Assembly (NCBI GenBank): GCA_038087875.1
Contig: CM075983.1
Span: 25,110,001 to 25,174,000, forward strand
DNA from: Malacoraja senta
Taxonomy: Eukaryota
Length of the DNA: 64,000 bases
Direction: 5' to 3'
Shown here piece after piece: positions 51,651 through 64,000 of this stretch (position 1 is its first letter; every line of letters begins with the position of its first letter). The position numbers and the translations under genes are program-made. The notes beneath the pieces were generated by a model. That model saw only the letters and a program-made list of their open reading frames with translations. It searched no databases and was not told the DNA's origin.

Positions 51651-52414
51651 AGTACTCACCATATGTGTTGAGGAATTACTACTTTTGTGCTCTATTGTCG
51701 CACTCTAGTGTCCGACCACAGGTGGAAAAAAACCTGCAAAAAGTTCCCAGTAACTTTAGAATGCGTATGTCTGTGAGTCCCTGGAATCCTGAGTGATATC
51801 AACTGTTAGGCTTGGGGCTTTTACCATTTCCCAGCAAGTTCTACACTTGTAGTTCTTATGCAGAAGCTCAGATGTATGGCTTCACAGACCACATGGGATG
51901 AAAGTTCTGCAATACTGGAATAAGATATAATCATGGTGGTCTTGGTGCATGGGAGTCCTGTAATTCAACTGTCTTAATTGTTTACAGACCAAATCTCAAT
52001 GTCAGTCCATATCACACACCCATAAAAGGATAGTCAACAAACAAGTCCTTTCATGATGAGAAATTTTGAGTAGATTAGCCACAAGCCATCTGAAACAAGA
52101 ATGGGTTATTTTATAAGAAATATATAGTTGTAATAGATTTTTTCAGATAGAATGTGGATAGTTATTGCAGCACATTTAACATGCTTAGCTTATACTGCTT
52201 AAAATGCCAAGTGATAGCTATGTCTTACAGTAGGCAATCATTCAAAACAAAGAAAGAAGATGAATTATGAATTAATCCACAACAATATTATTAGTTAAAC
52301 ACAGCAGGACAGACATTCAGTCCTGTAATACAGTTTTTTTCAGAATTATGTAACCAAACATTCTTTTTTTCTAGAGTGAAAGGTGGAAACAACCATTTCC
52401 ATCACTCCACAAAT

Positions 52415-52569
52415 TGAAAGATAGATATAAAACGGTGGAGTAACTCATTGGGTCAGGCAGCATCTCTGGAGAAAAAGGATTGGTGACGTTTCGCATCAGG
52501 ACACTTCTTCAGAAGATAGTTCCGTTGTGTCTATCTTCGGTATAAACCAGCATCTGCAGTTCATTTTTA
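52415..52569. mobile_element. Penelope-derived inverted mini-element with ~12-bp TSD
   Basis: CACTCCACAAAT (52403-52414) / CACTCTACAAAT (52570-52581); hammerhead-like core on minus at 52485-52512. Confidence 0.78.
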
Positions 52570-53734
52570 CACTCTACAAATCCAACCAGTAACCCTTGTC
52601 GACCTAGCATCATCCCCGTGTTGAGAATATGACTCTGTTCTCCTTTTGACCATTCTGTTGGAGATTTAATGGATTTTCTAGGCATCAATTCTGAACTTGC
52701 TAATTATTTATTCTTGATAGAAATGTTCATTTGACTGTATTCACCAGCAAAAAAATAAACTATGTAGAAAAGAAGGGTTTCAAATGTTTTAGCATGCAGA
52801 TAACACTGTTGCATTAAAGATAAGGTAATCTGAATACTTTGTCCATGTATATATACAGTAAGTGGATTAAGCTGATAGCTCATTTGGATTCTTCACTGGA
52901 TTCTCTTCATTCACAAGGAAAACAATGGAAGCAGAACACAATAGTTTGACTGATGCTCCCATAAGGCCTTTGAATGCTCCCTATTAATGACATTGAGAAT
53001 ATGCTTAAGAGCAAGTTAGTGGGTTTGACTGTGGACTCCAGGAGCGGTGCACAGAAGCTCTAATTGCCAGCAGTTCAGAATGGCAGGTGTGTATGTCATT
53101 TCCAATCAGGGTAGCAGACAGCTAGAGAGTCGGGAAAAAAGCAGGCAGAGGTAGAAATGGAGTCAGTCTCCCTTTCATTTGCTCTACATCTGTCAACTTA
53201 ATTATGTGAGTGTGTCCCATGCAGCATAAAAATCTGATTACACAAATCATTATTTATTTTTATGTATTCATTTGTCAGGAAGTCTCTAAGAGAGACAGAA
53301 ATAATACTAAATCTATTAATTGAAATATTTTAAAAATCTTCCATTTAGTCTTGGGTAACAAAGTGATGACTGAACTATTATATAGATGGTAAAATTGCAC
53401 TGATAGAAATACATTTTAGCCTGGGAATAATAATGTGAATAAAATGAATGACTTCCTTTGGGAAGGAGATTATGTAGAGTGACAGATTTCACATTGGGAG
53501 TAAGAATTAACAAATTATGACACTTTGAAGTGTGAGTTCTTTTCATTGTATGTGTGTATTGTGCTCTGTGTATAATAGTATGCTGTTTTATGCTGTGTTC
53601 CGAGCTAGATATGTTTTGCACAATAAATTGATTACCGAATGCTGTCTACTAAGCCTACATCCATCTTTTATGCTTAATGAGTTACAGTATATCTTGGACA
53701 TAAAATGCTTGTGCCATTTCCATTGTGCTGTGTC

Positions 53735-53816
53735 TTTGTTGTGTGTTATATAACAAGCGACTTTGAGTCCTGAAAAGCGCTATATAAATAAAATGTATTA
53801 TTATTATTATTATTAT
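53735..53816 (+). mobile_element. L2-type 3' terminus fragment
   Basis: aagcgactttgagtcctgaaaagcgctatataaataaaatg(TAT)n. Confidence 0.65.
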
Positions 53817-54409
53817 ATGTGCTAATTATAAAGCATACAAGATATTCTTCATGCACAATCTCTGCAGATATTTCGTGCATGACAATTTGTTCAGTGTTGT
53901 GGATATTAGCCTTGAATTTGTTGGAACAGGTATTCAACAGCTTGTCCCATTATTTAGACATTTCCTCTCACATGTTGATGGATCAATGGTGCATCTGTTT
54001 TTTTCTGAGGATAGTGGTGAGGCAATGCAAATAAATCATTCACAGAATATCTCTTCCTCACCATAAGATGTAGAACAACCCACATTAATAAAGGCATGTG
54101 GATGAAACTTCCTGATCTTTTGGCAGAATAATCCAGTGCATTGTATTTTTCACTGTGAACTATATATATTCTATAATTCATTGAAATCCATGACATCAAA
54201 TGCTGAGTAGAGCAGCACATATGCCTATGATCAGCCTTTTTTCTCTTTTTTTGTACATATTAATGAATTTGACTTTAATATAGGGGGCACAATAAAAAAA
54301 GTTGGTGGTACTATAAAAATGAGCTGATTTAGTATCTTGTATCCAGGTCCATAACTCAGAAAAGTGGCAATACAAGTAGATAGAGTGGTAAAGAAAGCAT
54401 ATGGTATAT

Positions 54410-55360
54410 ACAAACTGCAGGAGTAACTCATCAGGTCAGGCAGCATCCCTGGAGTACATGGATGGGTGACGTTTCAGGTCAGAACCCTTCTTCAGACTCA
54501 TGGCTACACCTTTAACTTGGAAAATGTGAGAGGAATTGAAAGAGAAGTTGTTGAGGGTGAGGACAAGTTCTGCTAGGTGAAGGAGTGTGTTAGTAGAGGG
54601 AAATTGTTTGAGTCTCTACTCAAGGAAGGAACGGAGAGCCTTGAAACCTTCTTGGTGGAGGATGGAGGTGTAAAGGAAAAGGATGTCCATTTTGAGATGA
54701 GTGAATGGAGGCCTAGAAATGGAAAGTTATTAAATAGTTGAAGGGTGTGTGAGGTGTCTTGGATGTAGATTAGGTGGGATTAGACAAAGGGGAATGTGAT
54801 AGAATCAAGGTATGTGGAAATAAATTCAGTGGGACATAAGCAAGCAGAAACAATGGGATTTCCAGGGCAGTTATGTTTGTGGATTTTGGGAAGGAGTTAG
54901 AAACGGGCAGTGCAGGACTGGGAAATGATAAGGTTGGAGGCTGTGGAGGGCAGATCGCCAGAGGTGATAGGTCAGAAACAGTCTGGGAGATGATGGTCCT
55001 GTGTTCATCTGTGGGGTCATGGTCAAAGAGTAGGTATGAGGAGATATCTGAGAGCTGCCGCCCAACCACAGCACGGTAGATGTCAGGCACCCAGATTACA
55101 ATGACTCCCCCCTTGTCAGCGTGTTTAATGACAATGTTGGGATTGTTGCAAAGTGATTGGAGAGATATGCGTTCAGAGGAGGTGAGGAATGGGAGTAGAG
55201 TAGTCAAGGGTTGATGTTACACAAGCAGTTGGAAATAAAAGAAGGATTCGATCTGAAACATTGACTATCCATGTTCTCCAGGGATGCTGCCTGACTCACT
55301 GAGCTTCTGCAGCAATTTGTGTTTATCTTTGATATAAACCAGCATCTGCAGTTCCTTGTT
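54410..55360 (-). mobile_element. Penelope-like element remnant (RT fragments) between inverted pLTRs, nested in CR1
   Basis: SLCNNPNIVIKHADKGGVIVIW (PLE RT N-terminal ADKG motif); pLTRs at 54410-54498 (-) and 55240-55360 (+). CR1 aagcatatgg...gtatatggaatgcttg continues across the insert. Confidence 0.85.
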
Positions 55361-55965
55361 GAGGTATATGGAATGCTTGATTTTATAGGTCGGAGCATTG
55401 CTGAAAAGCGTCAGGAAGTCATAAAGCAGCCTATAGGACTTTGGTTAGGCTGGCTGCTCAATTACAGGAAGGATGTTGAAACTTTGAAAAGGGTGCAGAG
55501 CAGGTTTACCAGAATGATCCTGGATTAAGGGTTTATTATCTACAGGGAGAGGTTGGACAGACTTGGATTGCTTTCTCTGGAATGCCAGAGGTTGCGGGGA
55601 GACCAGATAGAGGTATATGAAATTATGAGAGACATTATTAGGGTAGACAGTCAGAACCTTTTTACCAGGACTGAAAAATCAAATACTAGAGGCGTAGCTT
55701 TAAGGAAAGAGGGACAAAGTTTAAAGAAGATGTGCAAGGCTAGTGTTTGACACAGAGGGCGGTCAGTGCCTGGAACACGCTTGTTCGGTGTTGGTTGAGG
55801 CAGATATGATGGTGACATTTAAGAGACTTTTGGATAGACATATGGATATGCAGGAATTGGAGGGATATGGATTATGTACAGGCAGATATGAGTTGGTCTT
55901 GGCATCATATTTGGCACAGACATTGTGGGCCGAGGGGCTTGTTCTTATTTATGTTCTATGTAAGT
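55361..55965 (+). mobile_element. CR1 3' region (5' part at ~54260-54409)
   Basis: YRKDVETLKRVQSRFTRMI; RLGLLSLECQRLRGD; CR1 3' UTR ending gttctatg. Confidence 0.85.
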
Positions 55966-56475
55966 TTTTTTGAAAGTGTTGAATGACAGGAAGGTGGTGA
56001 ATTAGACATAGAAGTGACAAATTTAATTTAATCTAGCCATTTATTTGATAGCATATTTGGGAGATGCAACAAAGCAAGATGATACTCATTAAATGACAGA
56101 TTAATGGTTTGAAGGAACAAAATGATTTTGGAATACATATCCACAGATCCTTAAATATATCAGTTAGTCCATAAGTTGGTAAGAAAAAAGCTAATTATAT
56201 GCTTTGGTTTAATAACCTAAAGTATTGTCTAAGCAGAGGATGATCATAAGATACTGCGCTAGCTTGACTAGGTTCAATATCCTGCACAGTTCTGATCATC
56301 ATATTGCAGAAAAGCTATGACAACAGAGCTCAGTTACACGGTTGTAACCATGATGAAAGGTTGAATGGGCTGTGGTTGTTTTCTTTGTTACAGAGGAGGC
56401 TATGTAGATAGAATGATGAGAGCCCTGAAATGAATAAGGAAGGACTCGCTTCACAGAGCAGATCAAAAGCCAAAT

Positions 56476-56670
56476 ATAGACAATAGACAATAGGTGCAGG
56501 AGTAGGCCATTCGGCCCTTCGAGCCAGCACCACCATTCAATGTGATCATGGCTGATCATCCCCAATCAGTACCCCGTTCCTGCCTTCTCCCCATATCCTC
56601 TGACTCCGTTATCTTTAAGAGCCCTATCTAGCTCTCTCTTGAAAGTATCCAGAGAACCGGCCTCCGCCGC
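56476..56670 (-). mobile_element. Young CR1 3' end, (TATTGTC)n tail
   Basis: Nearly identical to 18808-18990 but with a different tail repeat. Confidence 0.9.
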
Positions 56671-58701
56671 CAATGATGCAGATTGTTGATTATAAAATAA
56701 TTGTCGTGAGAATTAGAGAGGAGATGAGGAGAAGCTTTTCATCGAGAATGATGCGGAGAGTGGTAAAGGTCTGCTAGCCAATCCTTGGAAAAGTGGTAAA
56801 TGCAGAAATATTCATCACATCCATAACCTCCATGAATCGAGTGTTGAGATTAGGCTACAAATTGCTTTTCAACTAGTGTGGATAGGATGAGTCTTCTGTG
56901 TTATAAATCTTCTTTACTTTCATCTTGGTAAGCAAAACCAGTTCCCCATTGCTTAAGCATATCCTTCTAGGAATCAAAATAAAATTCAGCTGGGCAATGG
57001 ATACTTTGAGGCAGCAGCAACCATTGGGGTTGCGAGCACTAGTAGGATGGTGAAGGTTTGGGATTATATCTTTTCTCCAAGATGAATTTCATACTGTTCA
57101 ACATGCCCCAGATAGCACAAGCAGATTAGATCATGATACAGATTCATCAACCTTGTTGTGCAAGAACTGAATAATTTGGTCACCAAATAGAATCAGGGCA
57201 TATTTAGGTTAGGAAGATTCCAAAGTGATAATTGAAAAGAAAGGCAGGAGGGAAATAGCATATTCGGTAGACTGCATATGGAATCACACAAGGGTTAGCT
57301 TTAAGCTACAATTTATAGTGTAAACAGAGTGGTGGCATGATATGTGGTACATTTACATTGCCATAGGCTGCTGTGATGATATATGACTTATGCTGGCAGA
57401 GCAGTGATTAATCATTAGCATATTTAATTCACTTTAATTGCTGTAGTTAATGACCATGTTTTTTATACCAGTGAACAAGCTTTTAAGCCTCCAGGCTGCA
57501 AGGCAGTGGGCATAAATTTTATATGCACAAAGTTAATCATTAGGTATGTAATTAATATTCATGAATAATGTTTAGAGTATGAAGAAAGACAAATAGTTTG
57601 AGTGCAGCACTGATTCAGTTAAAGGAAGTTTTAAGAATGTTAATTAAATACTGTAATCCAGTGTTTTATTATTAGGAACAGCCGATCGAACACTGATGAA
57701 AAAAATATTTAACGATAAATTATTTTTTTATATTTCATGCGTTCTTGCTGGAGATTAATCTCATACAAGAACAAGGTGTTTTTTTAATAAACTATAAGGA
57801 CAACCCACTGTAAAGAATCTGTTCACACCAAGTGAAGTGTTGGTAGAAATTGTGCCGGGAATTTAAGTTGTGCAGACTGGCCACTGAATTAACAATTTAT
57901 TGTCAGTTTATTGATGCAGATTTCATTGCCACTGATTATCAGAATGACTTACGAGCAATGTTTATATCCTTCTAGTAGCAGGGTCATATGAAAGAAGAAT
58001 TGTGGTTGTATAGGAATATTTGAATTATGTTTTGGAAAAACAACTTTGAATTATTAGTGAGATTTTCATTGCAACCTTAAATGTTGCAAAGGGGCTGCAA
58101 AACTAAACAATGTGGGTGCACTATAAATATTTTGACCAGTCTGTCCTGATAGATATCTCCATTTCCTACCTGTAGCTACTAGAAAGATTGATGTATTCAG
58201 TTGTAATTGCCCATTACATTGAGATAAATATATTTCAATATAATCATGTCCAGTGGTTATTAAATAATTAGTCATTTAACTAGCCTTTGCTCACCATTGT
58301 CAGATTTAGCTATGTAAGCAAGAGGGTTGTCCCTCGGAGTCCTCAACATTGACTCCACTCCCCATGATGTTTCACAACATAGACGTGGACCAGGAAACAT
58401 GCAAATTGGAAATGCTGCCACAAGCTGAGTTTCCAGGTGGCAAAGGATGTCTGCAGCCTCACATCAGCCAGCCTCCCAGTCTCTCAAGCACTCGTTCATA
58501 TATACGGGCTGTACATAAGTTGAGTGTGTGTCAGCCTGGGAGGATATGTACAGGGTTTTCTATTACTTGAACGACAGCTGCAACATAGGCACTACTCTGC
58601 AATTGGCAACCAAGCTGTCACTATCATCCAGTGATCTACTCCTAACTTATTCCAGGCCACTGGCTCCAAATCACCCAAAATGCCAACTACATGTTTATCA
58701 A

Positions 58702-59801
58702 CTGACAAAAGTGCTGGAGTAACACAGCAGGTCAGGCAACATCTCTGGTGAACATGGATACTGTAGGTGTCATTGTGGGTCGAGACCCTTATTCAGACTG
58801 ATTGTAAGGGGGAGAAGGGGGAAAGAAGTAAGCTGGAAAGGGCCGAGGCAGGATAAAGTGTTGCAGGTTTTACGTGGACGTAGGCAAGGGTTGATAGGCA
58901 GATGGTTGGAATGAAGGTCAGAGGTAAGAGCAGAAGATGTGTCAAGTTTGAGAGTTGCATACTATGAAGCTAGAGGGCGGAAAGTAAGTGGGGCGGGAGG
59001 TGGTTGAGAGGAGAAATCGGTGCGAGTCCAAGTGGGGAGTTAAAATGGTTAGCAACCAGGAGATCCAGTCGGCCTTGGCGGATCGAGCGGAAGTGTTCAG
59101 CGAAATGGTTGCCAAATCTACGCCTGGTCTCACCGATGTACAAAAGGCTACATCGGGAACACTGGATGCAGCAGATGTAGCTAGAGGTCTGCCAAGGCCT
59201 GCTGGATCTCCCGGTTGCTAACCATTCCCATTCCACACTGACCTTTCCGTGCTGTGCCTCCTCCATTGCCAGACACAAAACTGGAGGAACATCACCTCAT
59301 ATACTGCTTGGGTAGCTTACAACACAATGGTATGAACATTGAATTCTCCAATTTTAGGTAACCACTCACTTACCCCCCCCCCCTCCTCAATCCCCCCCCC
59401 CCCACTTCCCTCTCCCCTGGACTCCCACCTATTTCTCCCTCCACTCCCCCCACCTCTCTGCAACTTGCCTCCATCTGGCTTCTCAAGCTGTAATTCTTCA
59501 AACCTGTCTGACACCTTCTGCTCTTTTCTCTTGCCTTAGTGCCAACCATCTGCCTATCAAAGAGCCCTATTGCCAATGCCCACCTAATACCTGCTACGCT
59601 TCGTCCTGTCTATCCCCTTTCCCAGCTTTCTTCTCTTCTCCCTCCCCCCTCCTCCCGCGCTACAAACAATCTGAAGAAGGGTCTCGACCCAAAACATCAC
59701 CTATCCATGTTCTCCAGAGATGCTATCTGATCTGCTGAGTTACTCCAGCACTTTATGTCCTTTAGCATATTAACAAGCATCTGCAGTGCTTTGTTTCTAC
59801 A
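58702..59801. mobile_element. Penelope-like element, inverted structure with GIY-YIG remnants on both strands
   Basis: Minus: YICCIQCSRCSLLYIGETRRRFGNHFAEH...VANHFNSP. Plus: LDLPVANH...KLEEHHLIYCLGSLQHNGMNIEFSNFR*. pLTRs at both outer ends. Confidence 0.9.
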
Positions 59802-59829
59802 ATGTGAACAGCAACTTTACCTTTCCTAT

Positions 59830-60190
59830 TGGAGTGCAAGTTGGAGATGAAAGTGGCAAACGAGTAGATAGAAAGGTAAAGAGGGCACATGGTCTGCTTG
59901 CCTTCACGGGTCAGGGCATTGAGTATAAGAGTCAAGAAATCCTGTTGCTGCTCTATGGTATTTTTGTTCGATTGCATTTGGAGTATTATCTGCATTCCTA
60001 GTTGCCCCATTACAGAAATAATGTGGAGGCGTTGAAGATGGTGCAGAATGCTGCCTTGATTGGAAGGCACTTGCTGTAAGGAGAGCTTCGACAAACTAGG
60101 ATTGCTTTATGGGACAGAGAGATTACTTTCTCTGGAGCGTCAGAGACCTGATAGAGTATTTAAAATTATGAGAGGCATATATAGACAGTC
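59830..60190 (+). mobile_element. CR1 relic
   Basis: VKRAHGLLAFTGQGIEYKSQEILLLLYGIFVRLHLEY. Confidence 0.8.
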
Positions 60191-60617
60191 ACTATCTTTG
60201 TTGTTCATCCCTTGGGATATCACATCCATGGATCACCAGTGGTCTTACTATGCTGCTCAGATTAAGTTGCTCAAACAAACTGATTTTGTGGTCTCAACAA
60301 TATCGGATCTCCACTGGTCCAACTTGTCTGATGTAATGCTATTCTTCTGTCTGTGTTAGATAATCAACTAAACTGTTATCAAAACTGGCTTTGAAGGAGT
60401 TATAATGTGCAATTAACTAGCCCCACTTCAATGCACAACAAGCTGCATGACAAATGTATGTGTCTACTGTTATATAGATTGCTGTATGGAGACCTAATAC
60501 CATTTAAATTAAATCTGTACATTTCAGAGAAGACTTCTGTGGGGGTGATACATTTGTGAGTCAGTCAGATCAGTCTGTATAAGAGAGAAGAAAGGCTGGT
60601 AGAGAGGGTGAACTCTC

Positions 60618-60898
60618 GGGCTGCACAGTGGCGCAGCGGTCAAGTTGCTGCCATAGCCCCAGAGTCCTGGGTTCGATCCTGTCTGTATGGAGTTTGTACG
60701 TCCTCTCTGTGACCGTGTGGGTTTTCTACGGGTGCTCTGATTTCCTCCAACATTCCACGTGCAGGGTTGTAGGTTAATTGGCCTCTGTAAATCGTCCCAA
60801 GTGTGTAAGATGGGATTAGTGAATGGGTGGTTGCTGGTCAGCGAGCCAAAGGGCTTAATTCCATGCTGTATTTCTAAAACTAAATCTAAAACTAAAAC
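60618..60898 (+). mobile_element. HE1-like V-SINE
   Basis: A box tggcgcagcgg, B box ggttcgatcc, V domain, (AAACT)n tail. Confidence 0.88.
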
Positions 60899-61544
60899 TG
60901 TGATTTAATCATAATCTGAATACTATCTGGTAGAGGTGGAATGGAGATAAAATATTCTGTGTCTATTGGGTAATGGTGGCCTTTCAGATAAATACGAGAA
61001 AGTGAGAAGCAATAACAGCAGAGACCTATGGATTTTTCTGCTTAATATGGATGCAGTGGAGCAAGATATATAATGAATTTAGATGAGATCCAAAAGTGAT
61101 TTTAAGTTTCATTTTTAAGTGGCACAACTTACCAGATGTACCTCCTACAGTATTTAATATGCTCATCACTCATCTTCCAACAATCTCCATCCATCGTGAT
61201 TCAATGCAACCAGTTATACCTTTTACCTCATTCATATTTTCTTAGATACAAGCATCTTGCCCAAACTTCACAACGTGCACACACTGGCAGGTATTCTATT
61301 ATGACTGCCACAATATCCAAATATGTAGTGTGACACATATTAACACCCTTCTGTACTTCTTGCAGGAAAATGTCTCGGACAGGAGCATGAAAGAACTGGA
61401 GAAACATGTGGATCTGGTTACCTCCTGTGGAGGATGATCATAAGCAAGGGTGTTACTCAGTCAAGGCTACGATCGCTGTGGATGGGATAGTTGATGCAGT
61501 AATCTACTTATTTTTCTTTTCATAGTAAAGAACAGTGTAATTCC

Positions 61545-61672
61545 ACAAACAAATTTTGGGAAGAGAAGAACATACCAGGAGATCTCAGAGATATTGTAGC
61601 CATCTTCAAGAAAAGAGATAGGTCTGACTGTGGTAACTGCAGATGACTTTCCTTGCTCTCTGCCACAGGGGA
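61545..61672 (+). mobile_element. RTE-clade LINE RT fragment
   Basis: IPGDLRD..AIFKKRDRSDCGNCR*LSLLSATG resembles the RTE/BovB RT motif IFKKGDRSDCGNYRGISLLS. Confidence 0.7.
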
Positions 61673-61824
61673 ACTAGAGATTCTGCATCAGAAACATGCT
61701 GACAATCTGCATAGATTACCTTTGTCGTCAGTGAGCCAACCTTTGTTACGTTGGCCAAATGCAGCACAGAAATGATTGTTGAACATGAAGGAGCCATGCA
61801 AGTAGACAGTATAATAACCATCAA

Positions 61825-62008
61825 AGGAAGACAAAAGTGCTGGAGAAACTCAGCAGGTGGGGCAGCATCTATGGAGCAAAGGAAATAGGCAGAAGAAGAA
61901 GGGCCAAAACCTTTTTCCTTCGCTCCATAGATGCTGCCCCACCCGCTGAGTTTCTCCAGCACTTTTGTCTACCTTCAATTTTCCAGCATCTGCAGTTCCT
62001 TCTTGAAC
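61825..62008. mobile_element. Penelope-derived hairpin mini-element with perfect 14-bp TSD
   Basis: Arms 61828-61888 and 61912-61975 are near-perfect reverse complements; TSD ATAATAACCATCAA at 61811-61824 and 62009-62022. Confidence 0.88.
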
Positions 62009-62678
62009 ATAATAACCATCAATCTGCTTGAAGAGCTGCCTATTATCGCAGTTACACATTGATGGAGTGGCAACTTTTCTGATGAATGAAAATGCAGAGT
62101 TCAAATGAAGAGCAAGCAGCGCAGTGAATATGACGTCACTATGCGCATGTCTTCAGTCTGAGCAAATCATGGTGCTCCCTCAACCTACTTGAGCCTGGCA
62201 AGAGATAATGAAATATAACGCTTCCTTTGATAGAGAGAGCTTTGATAGAGTATGTAGCAGTGTGTAGCAAATGATGAAATATTCCTCATGTTTGCGGTGG
62301 CAGCTTGGAAGAAAGCAGTAGCAATAAAGAGCCAAGGACATTGTGAACAATGGCATAACCAGGCACTGAGACTGCATTTTGGTAGCTGCAAATGGCAGAT
62401 ATGAGCCACAACCTCTTTATTAGAACATATATTTATTAATCAATGTTCAGTGTTGGAGCTAGGTAAAAGAATTACCCCTTAAACAATCTAGCCAGGTGTT
62501 AATTTTTTTTCATTCTCCTTCCCTTTCATTTTGTCCTGGTTTGAACAGCCCGTGTTCATCCTGTAACCCTATGATTTTGGTGTCGATTATTTCACTCGCT
62601 CTGGGCTGTGGGCAATAATCGTGCTATAGTCAGGTTCTTTACTTTTCTTTCATCACAGGCAATCACAGTTGCAGGTAA

Positions 62679-63304
62679 AGGGCCTGTCCCACTTGGGCGT
62701 CATTTGCGCGTCATTTATGTGACAGGCGGCAGGGACTGTTGCGTGAAAATCGTCTCACAGTACGACAGTCACCTGCTTTGCTCTTGAGGGCCCTGCTTCT
62801 TTTGGGAGCCATTGTGATGTCGTTCGTACTGTACTGTTATTTTAGTCTGATCTCTGCGGCAAGGATTTTCCCAGTGAAAAATGTTCAAAACTCGGCGTGC
62901 TTTATTCCCGGGTGATCACGTGGTGCGGCGCTCAAATGACATGCAAATGGCGTGTTGATGGCGTACGCGGCGATGCATGGTTACGGACGTTGACGCACAG
63001 TGACGCATAATAGGCAATGTTCATGCGTCACCGTGCGCAACCATACGTCACCACACGCTACACGTACACCATCAGTACGTCAGCGTACGCCATAAGTATG
63101 TCAGCGTGCACAAGGGATACGTCACGCAGGTGGCGTGCGAGGATTTTGAACATTCCAAAATCCTGGATCGATAGGGAAGCACCGCGCGTCACTCCATACG
63201 CCACCATGCCTCACCACGCTCCACGCACGCGTCACGACGCGCCGACCAATTTTTAGGATGTCGTGTTAATGAAGCGCAAATCAAGCCCAAGTAGGACAGG
63301 CCCT
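62679..63304. mobile_element. PIF/Harbinger-type MITE (626 bp)
   Basis: TIRs AGGGCCTGTCCCACTTGGGC / GCCCAAGTAGGACAGGCCCT (1 mismatch in 20); TSD TAA (62676-62678 / 63305-63307); CpG-rich non-coding interior. Confidence 0.9.
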
Positions 63305-64000
63305 TAACTCTACATGCAGTCGCCACTTGACCTCCCAGGGACTTCCTGCTTTACACAAAATAAGTCCCCAATACAATAATTGCAAGTAGGAACCAAAATT
63401 AATGTGGGATAAGACTGACTAACCAAGATCCTACAAATTAATAATAACAATACAATTAATAGTCACATAATAATAACTATAGCAATAATATATTGTATAG
63501 TATTATTATAAACCTTGCAAATGTTGATGCAATACAAGAAACTAAGATTACAATTCACCCAGTCTCGTTCAATTCCAAGGCAAATGTTTGTAAGGTCACA
63601 CACATTTGACAGTAACCTGTTCAGGCTTAGCCTTTGCATTACTAAATCAGATCACACCTAATAGATTATTTAAACTTTGGTTAAGTACAGGGAATTTTTT
63701 TTTTAAACTTGCGGAATTGAACCACCCACCAGAAGAAATCATGGCAACTATCCTGTGTTCAAATTTGTGAACTTTTAAGTAACTCTATCAGAGATCCTTC
63801 ATGGCATGAAACATTCAGTTTAGCTGTACATGGTTGAATAAAGCCATTGCGTGGTATTTGAATACGGAACTACTAGCATCAAATCAGCATTACACACTGA
63901 ATGATATCGTCATCAAACATTGGTAGGCGGAGGCTTGTACACCCCTTCACTGAGGCTGGCTCTGGTACATTTCAAGAGGGCTTGTATACAAAAACAGGGA

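Noticed and set aside
9568-62008. CRISPR-like or regularly spaced repeat array
   Set aside because: The recurring repeats are irregularly dispersed eukaryotic TE termini in both orientations; no spacers or cas genes.

Overview
Repeat-rich, AT-rich eukaryotic genomic DNA. The repeat complement (HE1-like V-SINEs, CR1, Rex1/Babar, Penelope-type termini) suggests a cartilaginous fish, probably a skate or ray; this is inference. I found no host protein-coding exon I could support, so the window reads as intergenic or a very large intron. Main contents: (1) two related decayed Gypsy LTR retrotransposons with a tRNA-Leu PBS, one cut by the window start (1-1958) and one with both 209-bp LTRs and a GCTGG TSD (31819-36232); (2) a near-complete but frameshifted CR1 ORF2 (18794-21543); (3) three non-autonomous Helitrons, one complete (TC...hairpin-CTAG, A|T target, no TSD; 25545-27558) and two joined tail-to-head at 4090/4091; (4) a young Vingi-like LINE 3' fragment with a perfect 14-bp TSD; (5) a PIF/Harbinger MITE; (6) more than 15 Penelope pLTR-derived pieces, many carrying a minimal hammerhead-ribozyme-like core (CUGAAGA-stemII-GAAACGUC) and several forming TSD-flanked ~150-210 bp hairpin mini-elements; (7) many CR1, Rex/Babar, L2, RTE and SINE relics; (8) a few TE-free, TAAT-rich candidate regulatory blocks. 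Boundaries of old relics are approximate.
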